A DNA stretch of 64,000 nucleotides from Candidatus Micrarchaeia archaeon. GTDB taxonomy: Archaea; Micrarchaeota; Micrarchaeia; Anstonellales; Bilamarchaeaceae. The DNA is taken from positions 331,122 to 395,121 of the forward strand of contig JBAZMS010000001.1 of the NCBI GenBank assembly GCA_041649555.1, given 5' to 3'. The notes beneath the pieces were generated by a model, which did no database searches, was not told the DNA's origin, and saw only the letters and a program-made list of their open reading frames with translations. Below, in pieces: positions 48,922-58,749 of the stretch (its first letter is position 1; the number at the start of each line of letters is the position of its first letter). The translations under genes and the position numbers were made by a program.

Positions 48922-49672
48922 ACCCCACGACTCTCGATTTATCCCCAGAAGTATCTCCTGAGTTTTTATAATCCAAAAATTTTCCTTTCCATTTTTTTAT
49001 TTTTGCAATCTGCATCAGGGTTAAAATTGCCTCCTTTCCGCATGCCTCAACAAAGCTTTCAACATTGTAAACATCCATTGACGGAATCGCCTTATTGGCA
49101 GTATTGTCTATTCGCATTGCCTCAGAATAAGAATGATAGTGGCTCAAATCAGAGCTTGCAATAATTATTGAACTCTCATCAATTTCTTTTTGGAGTTCTG
49201 GTGCAAACAATCTTGCAGACATCTCTCCTGTAAGAAGGGCATAAACCCTGAATTTTTTAAGAACTGTCTGCAAAAATGGAAGCTGAACTTCAAGTGAATG
49301 TTCTTTCAAATGGGCTTTATTATAATTTTTTATAATCTGATTTTCCTTTAGTTGTTCCATTTCAACTTTTCCAAAAGGAGTCTGCCAATATTCGTCTGTT
49401 GCTTGTGCAACCCCGTAAAATCTTTCATAATGGGATGGGCCGATTAGAAATACATTTTCTGCATCAGGATTATTTTCTTTTAGCAGTTTATATCCAACTC
49501 CTGCCGCAGGGCCTGAATAAATATATCCTGCATGGGGAACTATAAGCCCTTTAAGTTTTCCAGCAACTGAAGTTTTTTTGGAACTTTCCAAAAAGGATTC
49601 TATCATCTGTTTCAATTCAAACCTTTCAGCAGGATAAAATGCCCCTGCAACTGCCGGCATTCTCACATTCAT
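48896..49672 (-). CDS. Memo1-like protein (AmmeMemoRadiSam system protein B)
   Basis: N-terminal AGAFYP... and HAGYIYSGP Memo/LigB-fold motifs. Confidence 0.75.
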   Translation of the reverse strand: MNVRMPAVAGAFYPAERFELKQMIESFLESSKKTSVAGKLKGLIVPHAGYIYSGPAAGVGYKLLKENNPDAENVFLIGPSHYERFYGVAQATDEYWQTPFGKVEMEQLKENQIIKNYNKAHLKEHSLEVQLPFLQTVLKKFRVYALLTGEMSARLFAPELQKEIDESSIIIASSDLSHYHSYSEAMRIDNTANKAIPSMDVYNVESFVEACGKEAILTLMQIAKIKKWKGKFLDYKNSGDTSGDKSRVVGYGCYAFYE

Positions 49673-50691
49673 TCAAACACCCCAACTATTTTACTTTTAC
49701 AATATATGCATCTTCCATTTATTATGTTATTATTTACAATTCTAAAACCAATTCTTTCAATAATTGTTTTCCTGCATTCAGGGCAAATGGTATTTTCATG
49801 TTCATTTAGCATATTTCCGCAATAAATATTTTCAAGGCCAATTTCTTTTGCAATTTTTCTTGCATTAATCAAACTTTGAATGGAGGTTGGATTTCCACCT
49901 GTCATTTTATAGTCAGGATGAAATGCAGTGATATGCCACGGAGTTTTTGGATCAACTGAATATAAAAATTTTGCAATTCTTTCGATAAATTCATCAGAGT
50001 CATTTTCATTTGGAATTAAAAGTGTTGTTACTTCAACCCATATCCCTAATTTTTTTGCATATTTGACTGAATCAAGTACATACCTTAATTTTACATTTCC
50101 GCATAGTTCTTTGTAGAATTTTTCATTCCCCTTAATGTCTATATTTGCTCCGTCAACAAAATCTGATAGATAATTCCAGCATTCCTTGGTTTGATATCCA
50201 TTGGTCACATATACATTTTTCAGTCCTTTTTTTCTTGCCAATATTCCGATATCTTTTGCATATTCGCTAAATATTGTCGGCTCGGTATAAGTGTAGGAAA
50301 TCGATTTGCATCCTCCTCTAATTGCCTCTTCAACTGCTTTCTGCGGGCATAGTATCTGCAGCTTTGCAAGCATTTTTCCAAAATCTTTTTCAAACTCTTT
50401 TGGTGCCTGTGATATGGACCAATTTTGGCAGAATTTGCAATTAAAATTGCATCCGTAAGTTCCAATGGAATAAGACTGCGTTCCTGGAAGAAAATGAAAC
50501 AATGGCTTTTTTTCTATCGGGTCAATCCATACAGCGCAGGGTTTTTCATAGACTAATAAATTCAATTTTCCATTCTTATTTTCCCTGACTTTGCAAAAAC
50601 CAGTTTTTCCAGCTGGTATTTTACATTTTCTGTTACAGGCAATGCATTGAATAATTTCATTTTCCAGTTTAATATATAGTTCTTTTCCCAT
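49669..50691 (-). CDS. AmmeMemoRadiSam system radical SAM enzyme (PFL-activase-like)
   Basis: CNFNCKFCQNW radical SAM motif and N-terminal extra Cys (C..C). 4-nt overlaps link the triad. Confidence 0.8.
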   Translation of the reverse strand: MGKELYIKLENEIIQCIACNRKCKIPAGKTGFCKVRENKNGKLNLLVYEKPCAVWIDPIEKKPLFHFLPGTQSYSIGTYGCNFNCKFCQNWSISQAPKEFEKDFGKMLAKLQILCPQKAVEEAIRGGCKSISYTYTEPTIFSEYAKDIGILARKKGLKNVYVTNGYQTKECWNYLSDFVDGANIDIKGNEKFYKELCGNVKLRYVLDSVKYAKKLGIWVEVTTLLIPNENDSDEFIERIAKFLYSVDPKTPWHITAFHPDYKMTGGNPTSIQSLINARKIAKEIGLENIYCGNMLNEHENTICPECRKTIIERIGFRIVNNNIINGRCIYCKSKIVGVFE

Positions 50692-50742
50692 TAAGTTTAT
50701 TAATTAGAATAAGGATAAAAATCTATTGCAGGCCCGAATACT

Positions 50743-51963
50743 TTATATTAAAACAGGTGATTCTTGCTCTGCTCCAAATGTTTCAAATAATTTAATACCT
50801 CTTTTCCCATGTTTGAATTTTCCGCTCAAGGCAACTTCTATTGCAATTTTCAAAATTTCCGGATCATTTATCTCAACTGAAACCTGCTCCCCATTAATCC
50901 ATTTAAAATCATCTTTTAATCGAAAACCAATAGTTGGCTTTCCAAATATTCTTGAGGGCTGCAGGGCATAATTATTATTTCCTATCACAGCATCAGAAGA
51001 ATAAAGCAAACTCTCAAAAGAATGTCCTATTCTGCCCCTTATTATATCTTCCAAATTCAAAAGCAGAACATTTGCATGTGATATTGATACTTTATTTAGA
51101 GCTTTATTAACTTTTCCGTAATCATTTTGTTTGCATATTATCATTAAATTTATTCCTGGTCTGTATAAGGCAAGTTCATCTACAGTTTCAATTACTTGTT
51201 TAAATGTATCTTTTCCATCTAATTGTTCAGGGGCATATAAAAACATAATTGTTTTTGCATCTGAATTAAAAACCTGTGAAAACGGATAGGCAACATTTAT
51301 TTCATCTCTTATACTATATTCTCCATCCAATAGTAAAAATAGCATATGTTTTAAATCATCCTGTCGCTCTAAGGAAATATTTACTCTTGCAAGCAAATAA
51401 AGATAAGGATCATCACACTTAATTAATCTCTCGTTATCGATTCCAATTTTTAAAAACTGTTCCAAAGTTTTTTGGTTTGAGCTAACGATCCTGTTTTTTG
51501 GTTTATTTAATTCATTTAAATCATTTCTGGTTCCATCAAATATACCCTTTAATTCATCTACATCTCCGCTAAAAAAGATTTCTAACGGTATGCCTTTTTC
51601 ATTTCCAAATGAAATAAACGACATATTTGCTACTGTAGCCCTTTTCAAATCATCTGAATCTGCAAATAGCATTATTTTTCTTGGTTTGAAAAGTATATCT
51701 CCGAGTGTTATTAGCTCTGAAGAAGGATAAGTGATTCTATCTGGTTTAATTTTCCATCTATCGAGAATATGTTTGTAATCTGAGTCAATTGAAATTTTAA
51801 AAGGCTCTCTACCAAATGTCTTTATAATTCCAGCTGCTGAATTTGCAGCCCTTTTAGAATAAATAGGCAACAAAACTTTTTTTTTAAACATAAAATCACA
51901 AAAATAGTTATATGTGTTATATTTTTTATATTTATTGGTATTGGAAATTAAACTTTTAATCAT
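50743..51963 (-). CDS. Hypothetical protein, possibly glycosyltransferase-like (two Rossmann-like halves)
   Basis: Weak. Size and secondary-structure-like pattern only. Confidence 0.3.
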   Translation of the reverse strand: MIKSLISNTNKYKKYNTYNYFCDFMFKKKVLLPIYSKRAANSAAGIIKTFGREPFKISIDSDYKHILDRWKIKPDRITYPSSELITLGDILFKPRKIMLFADSDDLKRATVANMSFISFGNEKGIPLEIFFSGDVDELKGIFDGTRNDLNELNKPKNRIVSSNQKTLEQFLKIGIDNERLIKCDDPYLYLLARVNISLERQDDLKHMLFLLLDGEYSIRDEINVAYPFSQVFNSDAKTIMFLYAPEQLDGKDTFKQVIETVDELALYRPGINLMIICKQNDYGKVNKALNKVSISHANVLLLNLEDIIRGRIGHSFESLLYSSDAVIGNNNYALQPSRIFGKPTIGFRLKDDFKWINGEQVSVEINDPEILKIAIEVALSGKFKHGKRGIKLFETFGAEQESPVLI

Positions 51964-53147
51964 TTTAATAGTCCAATTACCCTCTCTGTTGCTCCTTCAA
52001 CATAACCAATCTCATTTTGTTTAATCAGGTCGTGCATTAAATAATACATATTTAATTGTAATTCTGCTGTATTTTTTACAAGAGTGGTTATTTCCCTCTC
52101 ATTTGTATACCACTGGAAATCGTTTCCAGTTAATTCCGGCTGAAAACTTATTACAGGTGTTCCAAGCAGTCTTGCAGTAACAAGCGGGTTGTTGAATGTT
52201 CCAACCACTAAATCAGCAACATATAATATCTCTTCTATAGAATAATAATTTACATCTATTCTATCTGTTGGGTTGTGAACAACCTTTCTTGCAAGTTTTG
52301 TTTTAAAGGAATCTGCAGCATCTTTTGCATTTCCCGGTCTAAATGGATGCGGCCTTATTATTGCATTTATCGTTTCTTTTTCTGAATATTCTTCTATAGA
52401 CCTTAGAAAATCAATCAATACGCTTTTTTCACTAAATCCTATTGTAGGATAATTTGTTTCAATTTCATCACTTATGAATACAACCAGCTTTCCATTTTCA
52501 TCAAATTCTGAAAATACGGGTTTTGAGAGAATCTTTTTTCTCATCGTTATCTTTTTATCATCAAATTCCTGTGTCAATCCAACAACATATTCAAAATATG
52601 GATTCCCGGTAATACTTAATACATTTGGATTGAAACCTTCATTAATCATTTGTTCTTTTGCAAATTCATCCATTATTGCAATTGAAGTTGGAAGACATCT
52701 CAATTTTCCTGCGCGTTCAATTTCAAGCCTGTTTGATTCCATTGGAAATTTTAAATCTGAAAATCTTTCCGAATAATTTCCCCAAATGTCAAGCAATGCC
52801 ACAGTTGGGATTTTAAGTATTTCTCTTTCCAAATACCATATAAACTGGTCTGGTGTGAGAAGATGTTGTTCATCTTGTACATTTGTTCCTGTAAGAATTG
52901 AAGTAGGATCAAAATCCACCATTTTTTCCTGTAGTGTTTTATATTCTTTTTCGTTAGGTTTGCCTTCAACCATGTAATCTATTGCCACATTCAATTTGTT
53001 AAAAGCGCCAGTGGCTCCACCAGATGATACTAAAAAAACTCTTGTTCCTAATTTTCTTAATTTGTTAACAACAGGACCAATTGCTTCTCCTGCTCCATAC
53101 ATTGAAGCTAATGCAAATACTTTTTTTGGGATTCTTTGTTTATGCAT
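51960..53147 (-). CDS. Hypothetical GT-B-fold glycosyltransferase/epimerase-like protein
   Basis: N-terminal G-rich loop ASMYGAGEA...VSSGGATGAF. 4-nt overlap with the downstream gene. Confidence 0.35.
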   Translation of the reverse strand: MHKQRIPKKVFALASMYGAGEAIGPVVNKLRKLGTRVFLVSSGGATGAFNKLNVAIDYMVEGKPNEKEYKTLQEKMVDFDPTSILTGTNVQDEQHLLTPDQFIWYLEREILKIPTVALLDIWGNYSERFSDLKFPMESNRLEIERAGKLRCLPTSIAIMDEFAKEQMINEGFNPNVLSITGNPYFEYVVGLTQEFDDKKITMRKKILSKPVFSEFDENGKLVVFISDEIETNYPTIGFSEKSVLIDFLRSIEEYSEKETINAIIRPHPFRPGNAKDAADSFKTKLARKVVHNPTDRIDVNYYSIEEILYVADLVVGTFNNPLVTARLLGTPVISFQPELTGNDFQWYTNEREITTLVKNTAELQLNMYYLMHDLIKQNEIGYVEGATERVIGLLK

Positions 53148-53302
53148 AATTATCTTCCATTTTGTTATAGTAGATATATGTATGTATACATTTATAAGGT
53201 TTGGTTTTTTGTATATGCTAGTTGTAATTATAAAGAGTAGTATTAAGTGGTCTTTTTAAATATTTTTGTTAAAATATCTATAAATACAAATGGTAGACTA
53301 TA

Positions 53303-53986
53303 ATGAAAAAACTTCGTCAAAATTCTCCGTTAAGGATTAGGATAAATTCTATTGATGGATTTAAGAGAATGGGAATACCTTTAGAAGAAGCCGTAAGAAT
53401 AGCCAGCCAGGAAGGTTTAATTATTGCTTCCAATAGGTCTATTGATGAGGAATTTATGCTTGGAGTTTCCCAGATAATTCACTGCCGGACAGGAACATTA
53501 GTTGCTTCTAACGAGCCGGGTGATAAATTGGGTTTGGATGTTGTATCTGAAGATTTTATTACAGGATTTAAATGGGTATTTCCTGTACCATATCAATTTG
53601 TAGGAGAACAAAATCTTGTTTTAGTAACCGAATACCCATATTCAATTGAAAAAGACGGTAATTATAGGGTAATCAATCCTTTAAATAAGATAGATTATAT
53701 TCTTGGTTCTCCATCTGAAGATTTTGTTTTTAAATATTATCAGGTGGATGTAGAATATTATCTTCCTTCAATAATCAGCAGAAGCCCTTTGCTTGACAAA
53801 AGAGTTTTAGTAGGAAGTTACAATACTATATCTGCGGTTATGCGTACTTCTTATGATTGGAATCATATAATCATTGGATGTCCTCTTTCCTATCCGTCAG
53901 GGCTTATTGTAAAACCTTTAAAATCTGGAAATGAAGGGTTCTCTCCTGATCCTGCCCACGATAACCTGAGAGTTTCTCTGCAATAA
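53303..53986 (+). CDS. Hypothetical protein (227 aa)
   Basis: ORF only. Confidence 0.35.
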   Translation: MKKLRQNSPLRIRINSIDGFKRMGIPLEEAVRIASQEGLIIASNRSIDEEFMLGVSQIIHCRTGTLVASNEPGDKLGLDVVSEDFITGFKWVFPVPYQFVGEQNLVLVTEYPYSIEKDGNYRVINPLNKIDYILGSPSEDFVFKYYQVDVEYYLPSIISRSPLLDKRVLVGSYNTISAVMRTSYDWNHIIIGCPLSYPSGLIVKPLKSGNEGFSPDPAHDNLRVSLQ

Positions 53987-54003
53987 TTTTTTTGTTTAAA
54001 ATA

Positions 54004-54077
54004 CGCCCTCACCGAGATTTGAACTCGGGCTCCAGGATCCGCAATCCTGTGTTCTATCCAGACTATACTATGAGGGC
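54004..54077 (-). tRNA. tRNA-Arg (anticodon GCG)
   Basis: Manual fold on the minus strand: acceptor GCCCTCA/TGAGGGC, anticodon stem CAGGA/TCCTG with loop TTGCGGA, T-arm CCGAG-TTCAAAT-CTCGG. The D-stem pairs imperfectly. Confidence 0.7.
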
Positions 54078-54429
54078 AACAGTTATTATTTTCATATATT
54101 CTGTTTAAATTTCTTTATTTTTTCTTTTTGTCAAATCAAGTATATTTTTGTGGTTCTATCTTTTCGCCTAAAAAGAATTTCTATTAAAATCTTTTTTTCT
54201 TAAGTATTGGATTGCCTGTTATGGGCAAGGAGTGGGGGGTTAGATGGAGCCCTTGCGGTGTACCATCAACCCTCATTTATGTTTTTCAAAATTTATAATT
54301 CTCTTTAATCTTTCTAAAATTTTATCTTTTACATATGCAAACTTTTAAAAATGGTTTGATATTAAATCTTCTAATATTTCTTAGAATTACAAAATTCGAG
54401 AATATATTTTTTATGAGGTGTAATATATT

Positions 54430-55707
54430 ATGGCAGCAGAAAAAGAACATGTAAATCTTGTCTTTATAGGGCATGTAGACTCAGGAAAGTCTACTTCGGT
54501 TGGAAGAATTTTATACGAAACAGGGGCGCTTCCAGAACAAACTTTGAAAAAATACCGGGAAGAAGCAGAAAAGCTTGGAAAAGCAACATTTGAATTTGCA
54601 TTTGCAATGGATTCTCTAAAAGAAGAAAGGGAAAGAGGAGTAACAATTGATGTTTCACACAAGGATTTCAAAACAGCAAAACACTATTTTACAATTATTG
54701 ATGCGCCAGGACACAAAGACTTTGTAAAAAACATGATCACTGGTACTTCACAGGCAGATGCAGCAGTATTGGTTGTTTCTGCAAAAGACGGAGTAGAACC
54801 GCAAACAAAAGAACATGCATTTCTTGCAAAAGTTCTTGGAATCGGTCAATTATGCGTAAACATAAACAAGATGGATGCAATAAGCTATGATGAAGTAAAA
54901 TTCAATCAGGTCAAATCTGAAATTTCAAAACTTTTATCAGGAATGGGATACAAAATTGATAAGGTTCCAATAATTCCCTGTTCTGCATATAAAGGTGACA
55001 ATATTACCAAAAAATCAGAAAATATGAAATGGTATACAGGAAAAACCTTGATTGAAACTGTTGATGATTTCATAGCTCCGCCAAAACCAAAAGACAAACC
55101 ATTAAGACTTCCAATTCAGGATGTATTTACAATTACAGGACACGGAACTGTTCCGGTCGGAAGGGTTGAAACAGGAGTAATGAAACCAAATATGACGGTT
55201 GTTGTTTCGCCTTCTGGGGCAAAAGGAGAAGTAAAAAAGATTGAAATGCACCATGAGGAATTGAAAGAAGCAGTCCCCGGAGACAATGTCGGATTTAATC
55301 TTAAAGGAGTAGATAAAAAAGACATTAAAAGAGGGGATGTTTTAGGCCCGGTAGATAGTCCGCCAACAGTAGTTGAGGAATTCAAGGCGCAAATAGTTGT
55401 CTTAAATCACCCAACTGCAATTTCTGTCGGATACACACCTGTTTTCCATGTACACACCTGTCAGTTTGCAGGAAAAGTAACTGAAATTGTTGAAAAGAAA
55501 GATCCAAAAACAGGACAGCCTGTTCCAGGAAAAGTGGACTTTATAAAAACAGGGGATGCGGCAATTGTTAAAATAAAACCATTAAAACCAGTTGTTATGG
55601 AAAAATTCCAGGACTTCCCACCCCTTGGAAGATTTGCAATGAGGGATATGGGTCAGACAGTTGCAGCAGGAGTAGTATTGGACATTACTCCTAAAAAATC
55701 AGCTTAA
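54430..55707 (+). CDS. tuf: Translation elongation factor 1-alpha
   Basis: G-domain motifs [18 protein letters not shown] and overall aEF-1alpha similarity. Confidence 0.95.
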   Translation: MAAEKEHVNLVFIGHVDSGKSTSVGRILYETGALPEQTLKKYREEAEKLGKATFEFAFAMDSLKEERERGVTIDVSHKDFKTAKHYFTIIDAPGHKDFVKNMITGTSQADAAVLVVSAKDGVEPQTKEHAFLAKVLGIGQLCVNINKMDAISYDEVKFNQVKSEISKLLSGMGYKIDKVPIIPCSAYKGDNITKKSENMKWYTGKTLIETVDDFIAPPKPKDKPLRLPIQDVFTITGHGTVPVGRVETGVMKPNMTVVVSPSGAKGEVKKIEMHHEELKEAVPGDNVGFNLKGVDKKDIKRGDVLGPVDSPPTVVEEFKAQIVVLNHPTAISVGYTPVFHVHTCQFAGKVTEIVEKKDPKTGQPVPGKVDFIKTGDAAIVKIKPLKPVVMEKFQDFPPLGRFAMRDMGQTVAAGVVLDITPKKSA

Positions 55708-55717
55708 TTTCTTTTTT

Positions 55718-56776
55718 TTATTTTTCTAAATATTTTTCTACATCTTTTTTTGCAGGGCATCTTATCGAATGCTGTTTTATTTCATTTTTATTAGTAATAT
55801 ATGTTATTATTGTGTGCCATCCGCCTTCAGCTTCATCATATACAATCTCTGAGGCATCTAAAATGGTTCTGCAGTTTTTATCTATGTTGCCTATTTCCAT
55901 ATAAAATACATCTGCGTTTAATCCGGCGCTGTATTCTTTTCCGTCAGGCCAGATTATCAAATAAATTCTTTTTGTAGAAGAATCCTGTGTTCCAACAGGA
56001 AGAACCAAAAATTCGTTTGGAGATATTATCTTTATTTTAATTTTTTTTATTTTATCTGCATCCGGCCAGCCAAGCTCCCATTCGCTTGCTGCAAGGTTCA
56101 TTTGAAATTGCTCTTTTTTCCAAGACTCTGGTGCCATTTTTTCCACATGAAAAAATCCCTTTCTGGTAATTGTCGCAAAAGGTATCTGATAATAATTAAG
56201 ATTTGCAGGATAATATACATCGCTTCCAACTATTTCCCCTCCGGGTATCATATACTCATTTAATTCGGAGTGGCATTGTGCCTTTATTTTTATTAATTTA
56301 AATTCTTTTTCGCTTTTTGGCTCAATTTTAAATAAATAAATATTTTTTTCCCCAAGCAATATAATTTCATTGGCATTGCAATGATGTCCAAGAATTTTTT
56401 CATTGTTTATATAAGTTCCAAAATCAATATGATAATTGTAATACTCTTCTATTTTAGTTTTTTTCAAAGGACTGGTATAAATTATTGTTTTTTCATAGGT
56501 GTAACTTATCTCGGATGGTTTTTTGGCATCTTTTTGATAGCAGAAAACATCTTCGATTTCCATTATCTCCTCTTTTTTTGGTTCGTTGCTCTCTTCATTG
56601 GCGTTTGCTGCATTTGAATTAAAAGTAGATATTAAAAATAACATTCCCATTGTTGCTAAAACTAATTTTATAGAGTAAACAGGAATATCTTTCATACTTT
56701 TTAGTGTTTTTGCAATTTCCCGTTTTATGCCCTTCAATTTTTTTCTATATAAGTGGGCGTTCCTGTAAATATGCAT
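55718..56776 (-). CDS. Hypothetical secreted/membrane-anchored protein (352 aa)
   Basis: N-terminal TM/signal LVLATMGMLFLISTF; no motif. Confidence 0.4.
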   Translation of the reverse strand: MHIYRNAHLYRKKLKGIKREIAKTLKSMKDIPVYSIKLVLATMGMLFLISTFNSNAANANEESNEPKKEEIMEIEDVFCYQKDAKKPSEISYTYEKTIIYTSPLKKTKIEEYYNYHIDFGTYINNEKILGHHCNANEIILLGEKNIYLFKIEPKSEKEFKLIKIKAQCHSELNEYMIPGGEIVGSDVYYPANLNYYQIPFATITRKGFFHVEKMAPESWKKEQFQMNLAASEWELGWPDADKIKKIKIKIISPNEFLVLPVGTQDSSTKRIYLIIWPDGKEYSAGLNADVFYMEIGNIDKNCRTILDASEIVYDEAEGGWHTIITYITNKNEIKQHSIRCPAKKDVEKYLEK

Positions 56777-56806
56777 ATTGTTATTATTTAGGGAAAATAA
56801 TATAAA

Positions 56807-57535
56807 TCATTCCCATGGCTCTTTTTTAATTCTTTTTTTCTGTTTTTCGATTTCTTCTTCAATAACTTTTGATATTAACTCTCCATCTTTTTGACCGGGT
56901 TGTAGATTGGCAATATTCTCAATTCTTTGCTGGTCTGTAGCAACTCCGGTCATACCCTCAACTGTTTTAACCTTTGCATGGCCAATTATTTCACCAGAAT
57001 TAGACCCTTCGATTGTTTTGATTTTTCCATGGCCCAAAATTGTTCCAGCTTCTGATCCTTCGATACTTTTTATTTTTCTATGACCTGCAATTATTCCTAG
57101 TTCTGCTCCATCAGTAGATCTTACTTTTTTTTGCCGTATTATTGTTTCCGGGCCCGGACCTATTGAGGTTTCTTCAATACATATAATATTTTCTATTTGA
57201 TTCTTTTTTTTGGCATCCTGTTCCAAAGCCCTCTTATAAAAAGCATTCAGCGATAAGAATCCAAATTCCCTCCATTTGGCCCCGTCTTTTATTAATACCT
57301 CCGAATCTATCAATTTTTGCCCCACATCAAAGAGGCTTCCTTCAGATTTTAATGCATCAATTATCTCCTCTTCAGAGATATCCTTTCCTTTAATCAAAAA
57401 TTTATATTTTTTATTCCCTCTGGCAATTGTAATCTCAATTTGTTTTATCCCATGCCTTTCTTCTTCAAGCGGAGGCTTGATTTCTTTTGCTTTCAATCTT
57501 TCCTCAAGCTTATATGTCGGAGGTTTTTTTCCCAT
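56807..57535 (-). CDS. Hypothetical protein with three tandem 18-aa repeats (G-x-I-I-A/G-H-x-K-I/V-K-T/S-I/V-E-G)
   Basis: STDGAELGIIAGHRKIKS / IEGSEAGTILGHGKIKT / IEGSNSGEIIGHAKVKT, seen directly. Possibly bactofilin/beta-helix-like. Confidence 0.4.
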   Translation of the reverse strand: MGKKPPTYKLEERLKAKEIKPPLEEERHGIKQIEITIARGNKKYKFLIKGKDISEEEIIDALKSEGSLFDVGQKLIDSEVLIKDGAKWREFGFLSLNAFYKRALEQDAKKKNQIENIICIEETSIGPGPETIIRQKKVRSTDGAELGIIAGHRKIKSIEGSEAGTILGHGKIKTIEGSNSGEIIGHAKVKTVEGMTGVATDQQRIENIANLQPGQKDGELISKVIEEEIEKQKKRIKKEPWE

Positions 57536-57573
57536 ATTTATCCCAATTTATTTAACACCAAAAATTTATATCC

Positions 57574-58659
57574 TTATTTCTTTGATGCAAGTTTTTCAAA
57601 AAAAGATTCACATTTGGCCAGTATCTCTTCAAAACTAAGGCCTTTCTTTTCTATGGCAAATATAATTTCATGCGCGCCAATGCCTTCTGCAACAAGGCTT
57701 TGGGATGGATAAATCGCACACCCCCCAAATTCATCGTCAAGAAGACCCCTAATTTTTAAAGAATTATCTACCATTTTAGGGGGAAAACCGATTTCAAAAA
57801 TTTTTTTTCCATCTGACCAGTAAAGCGTGATATTTTTTAATGTTAATTGTGGCATTTTTCTAAAAAATTCAATATCTATATCCTCCCTTGAGGGGAGTAT
57901 AACTACTTTTTCTGTTGGTTTTTTTGGAAGCATTTCTCTTGGGATATTATAGCCCCATTCTTTTAGTGTTTCCACTATTTTTTTGCAGTCTTTTCTATTA
58001 AGAATTGCAGGAGAAAGCCATAATACATATTTTATCATCCTTTCAATATTTCTTGTTATTTTTTCAGGTTCCAAATTTCTAATATCCTCTAAATTTACAA
58101 CTGAATCAAATAATTTTATCATAATTGCATCCATATTTTTGGAACTAAGAAGTCTTCCATAATAAACTTCTGCCCGCTCTTCGTATTTCTCAGAAGTATA
58201 CTCGTCTGTTAAATAATATCGCCTATCATTTGCAAATCTCCATTTGCCATCCGTTAATCTTGGTTTTGAAAGCAAATCCACAATTCTTGCAACTTCAGTT
58301 CCAAATATTTTTCTTATCTCTTTTAAATGAATATTGCAGTCCTCAATTACATCATGCAAAAGCGATGCTTCAATTACTTTTGAATTATATCCTCTTTTGG
58401 ATACTTCAAATGCAACTTTCCAGACATGCATAAAATAAGGGGTTTTTCCATCTTTTCTTAATTGTCCTTTATGCCTTTCGTTTGCAAATTTGTATGCTCT
58501 TTCTATTTTCCATAAGTTTGTTTTATTATATATTCTAAAATGTGACAACAATTCTTCCAAAAGCCCTTTCAACTGATTATCTGTTTGCGGCTCTAAATTT
58601 TTAAAAGGCCCTTCAGTTGGTTTAATTATTTTAACCTTTATCTTTTTTTTGCTTTTCAT
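57574..58659 (-). CDS. RelA/SpoT-type HD-domain (p)ppGpp hydrolase-like protein with an extra C-terminal domain
   Basis: ERAYKFANERHKGQLRKDGKTPYFMHVWKVA...ASLLHDVIEDCN matches the SpoT/Mesh1 hydrolase motif block. Confidence 0.6.
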   Translation of the reverse strand: MKSKKKIKVKIIKPTEGPFKNLEPQTDNQLKGLLEELLSHFRIYNKTNLWKIERAYKFANERHKGQLRKDGKTPYFMHVWKVAFEVSKRGYNSKVIEASLLHDVIEDCNIHLKEIRKIFGTEVARIVDLLSKPRLTDGKWRFANDRRYYLTDEYTSEKYEERAEVYYGRLLSSKNMDAIMIKLFDSVVNLEDIRNLEPEKITRNIERMIKYVLWLSPAILNRKDCKKIVETLKEWGYNIPREMLPKKPTEKVVILPSREDIDIEFFRKMPQLTLKNITLYWSDGKKIFEIGFPPKMVDNSLKIRGLLDDEFGGCAIYPSQSLVAEGIGAHEIIFAIEKKGLSFEEILAKCESFFEKLASKK

Positions 58660-58749
58660 CTTTTATATATTATAGCTAAATATCCATATAAATCTTTCTT
58701 TTACATTTAAAAACACTATAAATCTCACTTAAATCAGTTTTTATTTTTT

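Noticed and set aside
54078-54429. Possible small RNA in the 350-bp gap upstream of tuf (GGATTGCCTGTTATGGGCAAGG..., G-rich segment 54221-54290)
   Set aside because: No recognisable tRNA or C/D motifs and no convincing extended helix. Probably promoter and 5'UTR of the highly expressed tuf gene.
54411-54671. 86-aa minus-strand ORF overlapping the start of EF-1alpha
   Set aside because: Antisense to the strongly supported tuf gene. Many similar antisense ORFs in the track were ignored, for example 4523-4882, 14030-14269 and 43187-43522.
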